Under the pieces are notes generated by a model. It searched no databases. It was not told the origin of the DNA and worked only from the letters and a program-made list of their open reading frames with translations. From Macrostomum lignano (Eukaryota), in contig NIVC01001146.1 in assembly GCA_002269645.1 (NCBI GenBank), positions 1 through 28,053 on the forward strand: a DNA stretch of 28,053 nt, read 5' to 3'. Positions 10,901-21,473 of the stretch are shown one piece after another. A program made the translations under genes and the position numbers. Position 1 is the first letter of the stretch; every line of letters begins with the position of its first letter.

Positions 10901-12439
10901 ATCTATCTCCCTCTCTCTTCGATCTATCTCCCCCTCTCCCCGATCTATCTCTCTTTCTCCCCGATCTATCTCTCTCTCTCCCCGATCTATCTCCCTCTCT
11001 CCCCGATCTATCTCCCCCTCTCCCCGATCTAACTCCCTCTCTCCCCGATCTATCTCCCTCTCTCTTCGATCTATCTCCCCCTCTCCCGATCTATCTCCCT
11101 CTCTCCCCGATCTATCTCCTCTCTCCCCGATCTATCTCCCTCTCTCCCCGATCTATCTCCCCTCTCCCCGATCTATCTCCCTCTCTCCCCGATCTATCTC
11201 CCTCTCCCCCGATCTATCTCCCTCTCCCCCGATCTATCTCCCTCTCCCCGATCTATCTCCCTCTCTCCCCGATCTATCTCCCTCTCTCCGATTATCTCCC
11301 TCTCTCTTCGATCTATCTCCCTCTCTCCCCGATCTATCTCCCTCTCTCCCCGATCTATCTCCCTCTCTCTTCGATCTATCTCCCTCTCTCCCCAATCTAT
11401 CTCCCTCTCTCCCCGATCTATCTCCCTCTCTCCCCGATCTATCTCCCTCTCTCCCCGATCTATCTCCCTCTCTCCCCGATCTATCTCCCTCTCTCCCCGA
11501 TCTATCTCCCTCTCTCTTCGATCTATCTCCCTCTCTCCCGATCTATCTCCCTCTCTCCCCGATCTATCTCTCTCTCTCCCGATCTATCTCCTCTCTCCCG
11601 ATCTATCTCCCCTCTCCCCGATCTATCTCCCTCTCTCCCCGATCTATCTCCCTCTCCCCCGATCTATCTCCCTCTCTCCCCGATCTATCTCCCTCTCTCT
11701 TCGATCTATCTCCCTCTCTCCCCGATCTATCTCCCTCTCTCCCCGATCTATCTCCCTCTCTCTTCGATCTATCTCCCTCTCTCCCCAATCTATCTCCCTC
11801 TCTCCCCGATCTATCTCCCTCTCTCCCCAATCTATCTCCCTCTCTCCCCGATCTATCTCCCTCTCTCCCCGATCTATCTCCCTCTCTCCCCGATCTATCT
11901 CCCTCTCTCCCCGATTTATCTCCCTCTCTCTTCGATCTATCTCCCTCTCTCCCCGATCTATCTCCCTCTCTCCCCGATCTATCTCCCTCTCTCCCCGATC
12001 TATCTCCCTCTCTCCCCAATCTATCTCCCTCTCTCCCCGATCTATCTCCCTCTCTCCCCGATCTATCTCCCTCTCCCCCGATCTATCTCCCTCTCTCCCC
12101 GATCTATCTCCCTCTCTCCCCCATCTATCTCCCTCTCTCTTCGATCTATCTCCCCCTCTCCCCGATCTATCTCTCTCTCTCCCCGATCTATCTCTCTCTC
12201 TCCCCGATCTATCTCCCTCTCTCCCCGATCTATCTCCCCCTCTCCCCGATCTATCTCCCTCTCTCCCCGATCTATCTCCCTCTCCCCCGATCTATCTCCC
12301 TCTCTCCCCGATCTATCTCCCTCTCTCTTCGATCTATCTCCCTCTCTCTTCGATCTATCTCCCTCTCTCCCCGATCTATCTCCCTCTCTCTTCGATCTAT
12401 CTCCCTCTCTCTTCAATCTATCTCCCTCTCTCTCCGATC
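4921..12439. repeat. 7.5-kb polypyrimidine satellite, 21-bp unit GATCTATCTCCCTCTCTCCCC, roughly 360 copies
   Basis: Read directly; frequent 1-2 nt indels plus recurring variants (CTTCGAT, CCCAAT, GATTT). Source of all GEREIDR / GREGDRS ORFs. Confidence 0.98.
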
Positions 12440-13133
12440 CAGCGTGTCCCCTTTCCTGTAACCCACTTCGCCCCTTCTTTCTCTTCAATTAATCTCTAAT
12501 TTCCCTCTGACGTGCCTCATCTGCAACTCGCTCACTCAGTTCCTGATTAAGTGAAATGTAAAATCCAATGTCGGACCTATCGATAATTAGATTTTGAGTC
12601 CGAAAGGCGCCCCTATCAGTGCCGTTAAGTATAAAACTCCAACAAAGTTGCTTCTCAAGGCAATTTCCGAATCCAGATGCCTGAATTTCTAGCTGTTGAT
12701 TTGATTCACTATTTTTATAGAAGTCACGTGACCTAATATATCAATATATCCGGCTGGTGACAATTTAACTGCTGAAGATGGGAATCAGCCAAAAGGAAAC
12801 AAATAGGACTTCCTGTTGCGGACTCAATATCCGCTTAGAGGGGACCTACCGGGTCTACCCTCTACGGCTCGCAATTTCCCGCACAAGACCAAGACAGGGA
12901 AGTGTTTCCGCCTTGGCTGTCTCTCGGATAAGCAGAAATTGAAAATACTTCTGCTTTCTTCGTCTTCTTCTTCTTCTACCGAAAAATGTGAAAAGCCAAG
13001 TCATGCCATTTTTAGCTTGCTTGAAATTGAAGAAATTGAAAATTAAAGAGAATATCAAAAAAAAGTTTGTTACGCTACATATCGGTGGATTGATCACGCA
13101 GTACAAAAATGCTTATGTAGCAGATAGGAAGCG

Positions 13134-13462
13134 AATTTCTCACGTTAATGGGAAGAATTTCTGGCATGAAGACTGGGGAATTCTCCATTTATGATTGCGG
13201 GAATTCTCATACAATGAGAGGAGAATTCACATATGATGAATGATGAATTATCATATGATGAATGGGGAATTCTCATATGATGAATGGAGAATTCTCATAT
13301 GCTGAATGGGGAATTCTCATATGATGAATGGAGAATTCTCATATGATGAATTATGAATTATCATATGATGAATGGGGAATTATCATATGATGAATGGGGA
13401 GTTCTCATATGATGAATGGGGAATTCTCATATGATGAATGGGGAATTCTCATATGATGAATT
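13134..13462. repeat. About 22-bp near-palindromic minisatellite (ATTCTCATATGATGAATGGGGA), roughly 14 degenerate copies
   Basis: Read directly; core TCATATGA is a perfect palindrome. Confidence 0.9.
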
Positions 13463-14442
13463 CTACCCTTTCGATGGGGGTATTTTCTAATAAATTAAAT
13501 GAGAAATTCTCCCTCTAGGACAGGAAAATTTCTTTTTTAAATAATGTTGAATCGTAATGAATTAGTGAGATGAAATGATCTGCATAAGCTTTTATCACGA
13601 GTTCCAAGTTTTCGTTCTTTTCTCTATTTTTGAAGTATTTTTGCTAATACATCGCTTTCGTCTCACACGCACTCTCCCTCATCGTATCTGTCTCCGTGGC
13701 GACTCCCCCAGCCATATTCATTTAAACTTCATCTCTTAGGCAAATGCGATTGCCCGTGCGCCACATGGTAGAATATCAGCCACGCCTTGGCCTCATTTAG
13801 GGACAGCTCCGGTGCAGGATGTCTGCAATCAGGCAGTGTTTGCTCAAAGCAATGCGGAACCCGCCTGCCCGGCTGACTCGTCTGTCTGTCCGTTGTACTC
13901 AGGCGGACGAACTTTTCTGGGGGAAAAATTTGCTCAACACTAAACTGTGCCAGGTGGATTTGATCTACAAAAACCGAAGCATTTTATGTTTGCTCAGCCT
14001 TATAAGGGATTAATTAGCGATAATCTGATAAATCGCTGTCACTGTAACTCCAATATAGGTGTTACACGCTGCGGACCAACGAAAGAGCATCTCCCAGAGC
14101 GACTAGCTGGGATGACAAAACACGCAGACGAATTGGGAAAATGAAATTCGAAAGTTAGATGAAGGGTTATGATAGATTCGCTAAGGGAAACTGCAAATCT
14201 TTATCATCCAAGATTATCTCTACGGGGCATCGGAGAACCTTGTCGTTCTTTCAATCTGATCATCCACGACGCTGAACAATCGACAGTTTCATCATCCAGC
14301 AAAACGATTTTGTTTTTGACAGTAAAATAAAGTAAAAATACGGGTTTTTTATCTAGGCGTTGGCTTTGAGAAATAGAACGATTTGTAACTCTTTCAACAT
14401 GTAGAAAGCATAAATCCCGGATGTAAAAACCCACACTTAAAT

Positions 14443-15914
14443 ACTCAGGTGACAGACATCCTGTACTCAGATACTCAGGTGTGATTGCAGACATCCTGCA
14501 CTCATACTCAGGTGTGATTGCAGACATCCTGCACTCAGATGCTCAGGTGTGATTGCAGACATCCTGCACTCAGATACTCAGGTGTGATTGCAGACATCCT
14601 GCTCTCGGAGACTCAGGTGTGATTGCAGACATCCTGCACTCTGATACTCAGGTGGGATTGATTGCAGACATCCTGCACTCAGATGCTCAGGTGTGATTGC
14701 AGACATCCTGTACTCAGATACTCAGGTGTGATTGCAGACATCCTGCACTCAGATGCTCAGGTGTGATTGCAGACATCCTGCACTCTGATACTCAGGTGTG
14801 ATTGCAGACATCCTGCTCTCGGAGACTCAGGTGTGATTGCAGACATCCTGCACTCTGATACTCAGGTGGGATTGATTGCATACATCCTGCACTCAGATGC
14901 TCAGGTGTGATTGCAGACATCCTGTACTCAGATACTCAGGTGTGATTGCAGACATCCTGCACTCTGATACTCAGGTGTGATTGATTGCAGACATCCTGCA
15001 CTCAGATACTCAGGTGTGATTGATTTCAGACATCCTGCACTCAGATACTCAGGTGTGATTGCAGACATACTGCACTCAGATACTCAGGTGTGATTGATTG
15101 CAGACATCCTGCACTCTGATACTCAGGTGTGATTTCAGACATCCTGCACTCTGATACTCAGGTGTGATTTCAGACATCCTGCACTCTGATACTCAGGTGT
15201 GATTTCAGACATCCTGCACTCAGATACTCAGGTGTGATTGCAGACATCCTGCACTCAGATACTCAGGTGTGATTGATTGCAGACATCCTGCACTCAGATA
15301 CTCAGGTGGGATTGCAGACATCCTGCACTCAGATACTCAGGTGGGATTGCAGACATCCTGCACTCAGATGCTCAGGTGTGATTGCAGACATCCTGCACTC
15401 AGATACTCAGGTGTGATTTCAGACATCCTGCACTCAGATACTCAGGTGTGATTTCAGACATCCTGCACTCTGATACTCAGGTGTGATTGCAGACATCCTG
15501 CACTCAGATACTCAGGTGTGATTGCAGACATCCTGCACTCAGATACTCAGGTGTGATTGATTGCAGACATCCTGCACTCAGATACTCAGGTGTGATTGAT
15601 TGCAGACATCCTGCACTCTGATACTCAGGTGTGATTGCAGACATCCTGCACTCAGATGCTCAGGTGTGATTGATTGCAGACATCCTGCACTCAGATACTC
15701 AGGTGGGATTGCAGACATCCTGCACTCAGATACTCAGGTGGGATTGCAGACATCCTGCACTCAGATGCTCAGGTGTGATTGATTGCAGACATCCTGCACT
15801 CAGATACTCAGGTGGGATTGCAGACATCCTGCACTCAGATACTCAGGTGGGATTGCAGACATCCTGCACTCTGATACTCAGGTGTGATTGCAGACATCTC
15901 GCACTCAGATGCTC
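14443..15914. repeat. 35-bp (variant 39-bp) minisatellite GCAGACATCCTGCACTCAGATACTCAGGTGTGATT, about 41 copies
   Basis: Read directly; the 39-bp variant carries an extra GATT. Confidence 0.97.
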
Positions 15915-16137
15915 ATTTTTAGCTGAAATGACATACAACACCTCAAATTAGCCGTGATAAGGACTTTAGTTGCGCAAACCATCCCATATTAGTATATTTG
16001 CTACAGTTTTAGAACTTTTTTCCAGTTGTCAGGCGTACTGAACTTTCAACCGTCTGATAACACCGAAATTGTGACAAACAGAACGTCTTCTAAGTTCAGC
16101 TGCACTTCAGCTACTTGAAGACTCCTTCGTTTGTAAT

Positions 16138-16607
16138 TTAGTACATAGAAGGCTCTTCCTGAACAATAGCTGATCGCTTGCCGAATCTGGCGTAGCCGCG
16201 CTTCCCGAATCTGGTGTAGCCGCGCTTCCCGAATCTGGCGTAGCCGCGCTTCCCGAATCTGGCGTAGCCGCGCTTCCCGAATCTGGCGTAGCCGCGCTTC
16301 CCGAATCTGGCGTAGCCGCGCTTCCCGAATCTGGTGTAGCCGCGCTTCCCGAATCTGGCGTAGCCGCGCTTCCCGAATCTGACGTAGCCGCGCTTCCCGA
16401 ATCTGACGTAGCCGCGCTTCCCGAATCTGGTGTAGCCGCGCTTCCCGAATCTGGTGTAGCCGCGCTTCCCGAATCTGGTGTAGCCGCGCTTCCCGAATCT
16501 GGCGTAGCCGCGCTTATCCAACGTGTCAAAGTCTCTTAGCAAACGCGTTTGTACGACGTCGCTATCTGCCAAAGAAAAAGTTCCATAGCTGTTGACATTT
16601 GGCTGCA
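16138..16607 (-). CDS. FMRFamide-like (GYxRFamide) neuropeptide precursor, last coding exon: 14 copies of GY[A/T/V]RF-G-KR
   Basis: After ...DTLDKR there are 7 GYARF, 5 GYTRF and 2 GYVRF, each followed by GKR (amidation Gly plus dibasic cleavage). Phase-1 acceptor GTCTGTAG ending at 16608 joins in frame to the signal exon. TAA at 16138-16140. Confidence 0.95.
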
Positions 16608-16733
16608 CTACAGACAGCGACTGCGACTAAGGAAAGCAAAGCAATAACCCTAACCCCATCCCTTAGCATAAACAAAAAACAAAAAACTAAAACCGAGTAC
16701 CAAACAATTCATGTGGGTAATAAAAAGTGTCAC

Positions 16734-16812
16734 CTGTATCTTCTTGCGCAAGCGACGGCGCGCTGAAGAACGCAATCAGCACCGCGGCCAGCAGGCCCCA
16801 CAGAAAGTTCAT
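16734..16812 (-). CDS. Signal-peptide exon of the GYxRFamide precursor (MNFLWGLLAAVLIAFFSAPSLA-QEDT); spliced product 182 aa
   Basis: ATG at 16812, hydrophobic core and S-L-A cleavage motif. Phase-1 donor AG/GTGACA at 16733. The 126-nt intron (16608-16733) gives 79+470=549 nt in frame. An alternative phase-1 donor (GTACTC) further on cannot be excluded. Confidence 0.85.
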
Positions 16813-16903
16813 CGTAGCCTTTGTACTTCAGTGGCTAGCAGCTGAGTTGAAACGGTCTGAATTGGCTGCTCTGCTATCTAATGTTAAAGTGGATTCAAAT
16901 AGA

Positions 16904-17407
<504 letters not shown>

Positions 17408-17439
17408 AGTTTATATTATAAATGGGAGAATAAACTTAC

Positions 17440-17546
17440 CTGAGAGGCAACGTGTCGTGCTGAGACAGCGCAGATCTCTGAGGCATTCAGCTCCGAATCC
17501 CTTTATCCCGTTGCAGCTCGACCCTCCTCCATCCCCAGCAGCCAAT
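17440..17546 (-). promoter_or_regulatory. Candidate promoter and short non-coding first exon of the neuropeptide gene
   Basis: Minus-strand consensus donor CAG/GTAAGT (intron starts 17439), TATA-like GATAAA at 17502-17507, CCAAT at 17542-17546. Possible acceptor TTTCAACTCAG at 16842 upstream of the ATG. TSS not determinable. Confidence 0.5.
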
Positions 17547-17706
17547 GGTTACTGTGTGGCGCCCCCATCCCTGTTGAATTGAAAATTTTAAGTGAGGCAA
17601 ATATCGCCTCAGTCAATTGAACTCAACCGTACAAAAGGCTTTTGAAAGTCATCGTCAAATAAATTAGCAAATTGCTTTTGATAGTCATTATTAGCCAGGC
17701 CATTTG

Positions 17707-17727
17707 CAGACAGACAGACAGACAGAC

Positions 17728-17786
<59 letters not shown>

Positions 17787-17796
17787 CGACACAGAC

Positions 17797-17872
<76 letters not shown>
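17707..17872. repeat. (AGAC)n microsatellite between the two divergent genes
   Basis: Read directly. Confidence 0.98.
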
Positions 17873-18342
17873 CCTTAGTCCCTCGTCCCTCCCCTGTCTC
17901 GCTGGTGTCCCGCAGTTCCCTAACGGGAGCGGAAAGCCTGGTAACTTGTCGATAAGAAGGCAAGATATGAGAATATCTCCAGCTAACCAATGTTGCCATA
18001 TCAGACGCTTTGATTGTTGGGAATATTGTGCAGCCTTGGCTGGGATATCAGCAGTGAGAGAGAGAATGCGGAGTCCAAATCTTATCGCTAGCCATAGGTA
18101 TGAATATTCAGAGAAATCAGTGCGCAGTGACTCTGATTGGCAATAAAAACCCGCACCGAGTGGAAATATTGCAAAATCGTGCTGCATAAAATTCTCATGC
18201 GCACTGGCTTCGGTAACCTGTTCCTCACTAGCCGAGACTATATCAGTTTTATCTGCTCAAGTATATTTCCTAGAAAGCTATCTCGGTTAGGACTGGTAAT
18301 TCACTGTCATCATTATTATTACGAACTCAATAGTGGATCAAT

Positions 18343-18395
18343 ATGTGGAACAGCTGGATCTGTCCGACTGATAGACAGCTGCGACTGAGATCCAA
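18343..18395 (+). CDS. RPH3A-like: Rabphilin/Noc2-like Rab effector, coding exon 1 (MWNSWICPTDRQLRLRS-K)
   Basis: Resembles the WVCPxDRQLxLRxKL N-terminal motif of Noc2/rabphilin as I recall it. ATG at 18343 with in-frame TAG upstream at 18331-18333. Phase-2 donor AA/GTAAGT at 18396. Confidence 0.85.
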
Positions 18396-18509
18396 GTAAG
18401 TGGATTTGTGCTGTTCAATTTGTTTTACTGGAATGTCCTGCTGAATGTTTGTATCCTTGATGTATTGATGAGGGTTTGTGTCTTCAGGGTGTCACTTGTG
18501 ACTATCAAG

Positions 18510-18830
18510 TGTGTGTGTCTAACATGTGTGTGTCTAACATGTGTGTGTCTAACAATTTTTGGTTGTGTCTAACATGTGTGTGTGTCTAACAGGTTTGTGT
18601 GTGTCTAACAGGTTTGTGTGTGTCTAACAGGTTTGTGTGTGTCTAACAGGTTTGTGTGTGTCTAACAGGTTTGTGTGTGTGTGTCTAACGGGTGTGTGAG
18701 TGTGTGTCTAACAGGTGTGTGAGTGTGTGTCTAACAGGTGTGTGAGTGTGTGTCTAACGGGTGTGTGAGTGTGTGTCTAACAGGTGTGTGAGTGTGTGTC
18801 TAACAGGTGTGTGAGTGTTAAACAGGTGTG
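18510..18830. repeat. GT-rich about 20-22-bp minisatellite (GTGTGTGTCTAACAGGT...) in rabphilin intron 1
   Basis: Read directly. Confidence 0.92.
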
Positions 18831-18936
18831 GGAAATTTTATTATCAAGTTGGCTAGCCTGAAAACTCAGCCTGGCCAGTGAAAGCACTCGGGGCATCCAC
18901 AGAGCTCAATTATGTCAACGCACCCTCCTTGCTCAG

Positions 18937-19062
18937 ACTGTCCAAGGGCTGGTGCAACATCTACCAGCATCGACCGACTTTTACAACCGAGGAGTTGCAA
19001 TTAATGGACAGGGTGATGCGGGACAATGAGGCACTGCAAGCTATGGAGAGAAACAGGATTCG
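18937..19062 (+). CDS. RPH3A-like: Rabphilin/Noc2-like exon 2, Rab-binding helix (LSKGWCNIYQHRPTFTTEELQLMDRVMRDNEALQAMERNRI-R)
   Basis: Acceptor CCTCCTTGCTCAG, phase 2 in and phase 2 out (CG/GTGAGA), 126 nt. Fits the SHD1 pattern L..GW...EE...I..V..R.E.L...E..RI. Confidence 0.88.
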
Positions 19063-19328
19063 GTGAGAGAGAAGTCGATTGCAACACTGCGATGTGGATT
19101 CTTTGTTCCTACCGACACAGTGCCTTTGTAGACTTGGGAGTGGCTGCGGCTTCAGTGTTGTTGCGGCTTTGGGGGTGACAGAGTGTTAGCGCGATTCAGC
19201 TGATATGCGACCCCTGCCGCATTGTGCCTTTGCACTGCTCAGCTGCCCTATGCTGCTCTGCAGTGCCGTTGCCAGGATCCTGGCTGCTGCATCTCTCACT
19301 AATCTCCCTGCCCTTTTGATTTTCATCG

Positions 19329-19641
19329 CCTCTCCTCTCCTCTCGTCTCCTCTCCTCTCCTCTCCTCTCCTCTCCTCTCCTCTCGTCTCCTCTCCTCTCC
19401 TCTCGTCTCCTCTCCTCTCCTCTCCTCTCCTCTCCTCTCCTCTCCTCTCCTCTCCTCTCCTCTCCTCTCCTCTCCTCTCCTCTCCTCTCCTCTCCTCTCC
19501 TCTCCTCTCCTCTCGTCTCCTCTCTTCTCCTCTCCTCTCCTCTCCTCTCCTCTCCTCTCCTCTCCTCTCCTCTCCTCTCCTCTCCTCTCCTCTCCTCTCC
19601 TCTCCTCTCCTCTCCTCTCCTCTTCTCTCCTCTCCTCTCCT
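19329..19641. repeat. (TCTCC)n microsatellite in rabphilin intron 2
   Basis: Read directly. Confidence 0.98.
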
Positions 19642-20842
19642 CAGTACTCCCCTCTCTCCCCTGTCTCTACACACTCTCTTTTTTTCCTCTCTTCTATCCT
19701 GCTCTCCTTACTCTTCACTGATCCCTAGCTAGTATGTTGTGCTCACCTGTCAATAAACTACTCATTGTTTTCAATTTTGTCAGATTTTTTATTTTAACTA
19801 TTCGCTCACAGTCGCCCTGGCAACAAAGTCAGTCTACTTAGCTAGCATTTTCTCAATGAACCGTGGCCTCTGCCGGAATCTACGAGTACTCTACTCTCTT
19901 CTCCATTTCCCAGCGCCAGCAAGCACTGAATCCTACTTTGTCCATCAGTCAATTACTTAAAGCTTTTGTCCCGCACCCTTAAAACGGCGATTGTGTCCTT
20001 CTAAGCTAATTGGAGTTTTGCTCGGTTGACTAGTTTGAGTAAATTGTGACTCCCCTGATGGGCCCGAGCTCGAAGCCTGCTAAAAGCCTTAAAAGTACCG
20101 ACCATTGTCGCCATAAAATGTCAAGCAATTCAAAGCCATGAAGAGAAATTGCTTTTCTCTGTTGAGCTTTCCCGCGGTTCAAGAGGACTGGAAGAGGCCG
20201 GGGCATCCACCCCACGTAGCTTACAATATTACTCATAATCTTATATGCATTTAGCCAATGTCGTATGACCATTGCCATCTAGCTATCTTCTAGTTTGCTT
20301 GTCCTAGTGTGTGAGTGTCTTGAATGTCTTAGTCACTCAGTGTCTTTAGAGTCTTATAGTCTTAATGTCTTACGATTACTATTCTTTATAGATTAATATT
20401 TCCGGTGACCTCTAGTAAAAACTCAGTCTAAAGCTACACACTAAACAAAAAGTAAAGAGTTTTTCTTAAAGACCACCTTGATAAGTTTTTTTGGCTTATT
20501 TTCTCCTTCTCCTTGTTCTCCTTCCATCCTCTCCGTTTGTCTTCTTTCACTTCCTTTCCCCTTTTCCTCTTCGTAGCCATGGGGCACCATTTTTGCTATT
20601 GGCGCTTGACCACTCTAATGGTGAGTTGCATATAATGAATAACAAAAGTTGTTGGCGCTGGTCTATCTATAGTACGAGACGACTTACAAGACCCACCTGG
20701 ATTGGTCGCGTAGTTGTGAATTGATTCGCAAACCTCATCGTCGGTATTAATCCGCACACACACGGCCCTGGCTCAGTCCCTACGCTTTCGTGTTTTAGTG
20801 TCTGACTGTCTGTCTGAGCGTTTTATTGCCATCAAGTCTTCC

Positions 20843-21282
20843 AGTCATAGTGTCAGTCAAAGTGTCGGTTATAGTGTCGGTGATGGTGTCGATGATTGTG
20901 TCGGTTATTGTGTCGGTCATAGTGTCGGTTATAGTTTCGGTGATAGTGTCGATGATAGTGTCGGTTATAGTGTCGATGATAGTGTCGGTTATTGTGTCGG
21001 TAAAAGTGTCTGTGATAGTGTCAATCATAATGTCGGTCATAGTGTCGGTCATTGTGTCGAATATATCGTAGGTCTTAGTGTCAGTGATACGCTCGTAGTG
21101 TCAATTATAGTGTCGGTTATTGTGTCGATTATAGTATCGGTCATAGTGTCGGTGAAAGTTTTGGATATAGTAACGGTGATACTGTCAGTCATTGTGTTGG
21201 TCATAGTATCGGTCATAGTGTCGGTTATAGTGTGGGTCAAAGAGTCGGTCATAGTTTCGGTCATAGTGGCTGTCATAATGTC
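20843..21282. repeat. Degenerate 12-bp minisatellite (ATAGTGTCGGTY), about 36 copies, rabphilin intron 2
   Basis: Read directly; source of the VIVS / TDTI ORFs. Confidence 0.92.
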
Positions 21283-21319
21283 AGTCTCTCAGACTCGAAC
21301 CCCAATCCCACCGCCTCAG

Positions 21320-21473
21320 GCACTACATCTCAAAGCTGGAGTCGCTGAAGTCGCTGGCCCGAGGAGACGGTCACAGCCGCTGCCTGCTGTGCGGTGACCG
21401 AGTGTCAGACTCGCTACTGATGCGGCTGCTGCCGAAGGTTCACCGCCGACTGCGGTGCTGCGTCTGCGGTCTG
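21320..21473 (+). CDS. RPH3A-like: Rabphilin/Noc2-like exon 3, start of FYVE-type zinc finger (HYISKLESLKSLARGDGHSRCLLCGDRVSDSLLMRLLPKVHRRLRCCVCGL)
   Basis: Acceptor CCGCCTCAG, phase 2 in, phase 0 out with donor CTG/GTGAGT, 154 nt. The GDG..RCLLCG motif is typical of the family. Confidence 0.92.

Noticed and set aside
5950-12488. GEREIDR/GREGDRS repeat proteins
   Set aside because: Frames are broken by frequent indels; pure satellite translation with no signal or splice support.
14443-15914. CRISPR-like 35-bp repeat array
   Set aside because: Units are head-to-tail with no unique spacers, no cas genes, and the context is eukaryotic.
16107-16529. SGSAATPD repeat ORF
   Set aside because: Alternative frame of the neuropeptide repeats.
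16645-16656. TAACCCTAACCC telomere-like hexamers
   Set aside because: Only two copies inside an intron; expected by chance.
16627-16659. In-frame ATG giving MGLGLLLCFP* upstream of the peptide exon
   Set aside because: Ends in TAG; a better signal exon with a phase-matched intron explains the gene without readthrough.
17971-18056. GPCR TM2-like string [13 protein letters not shown]
   Set aside because: Bounded by stops, no other TM motifs in register, and located in the putative 5' region of the rabphilin gene.
19063-19200. Cys-containing frame after the TGA at 19064 (possible readthrough/selenocysteine)
   Set aside because: A donor at 19063 spliced to 21320 yields the proper family sequence.
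20795-21397. Mucin-like (TDTI)n and hydrophobic (VIVS)n ORFs
   Set aside because: 12-bp intronic minisatellite; no signal peptide or splice support.
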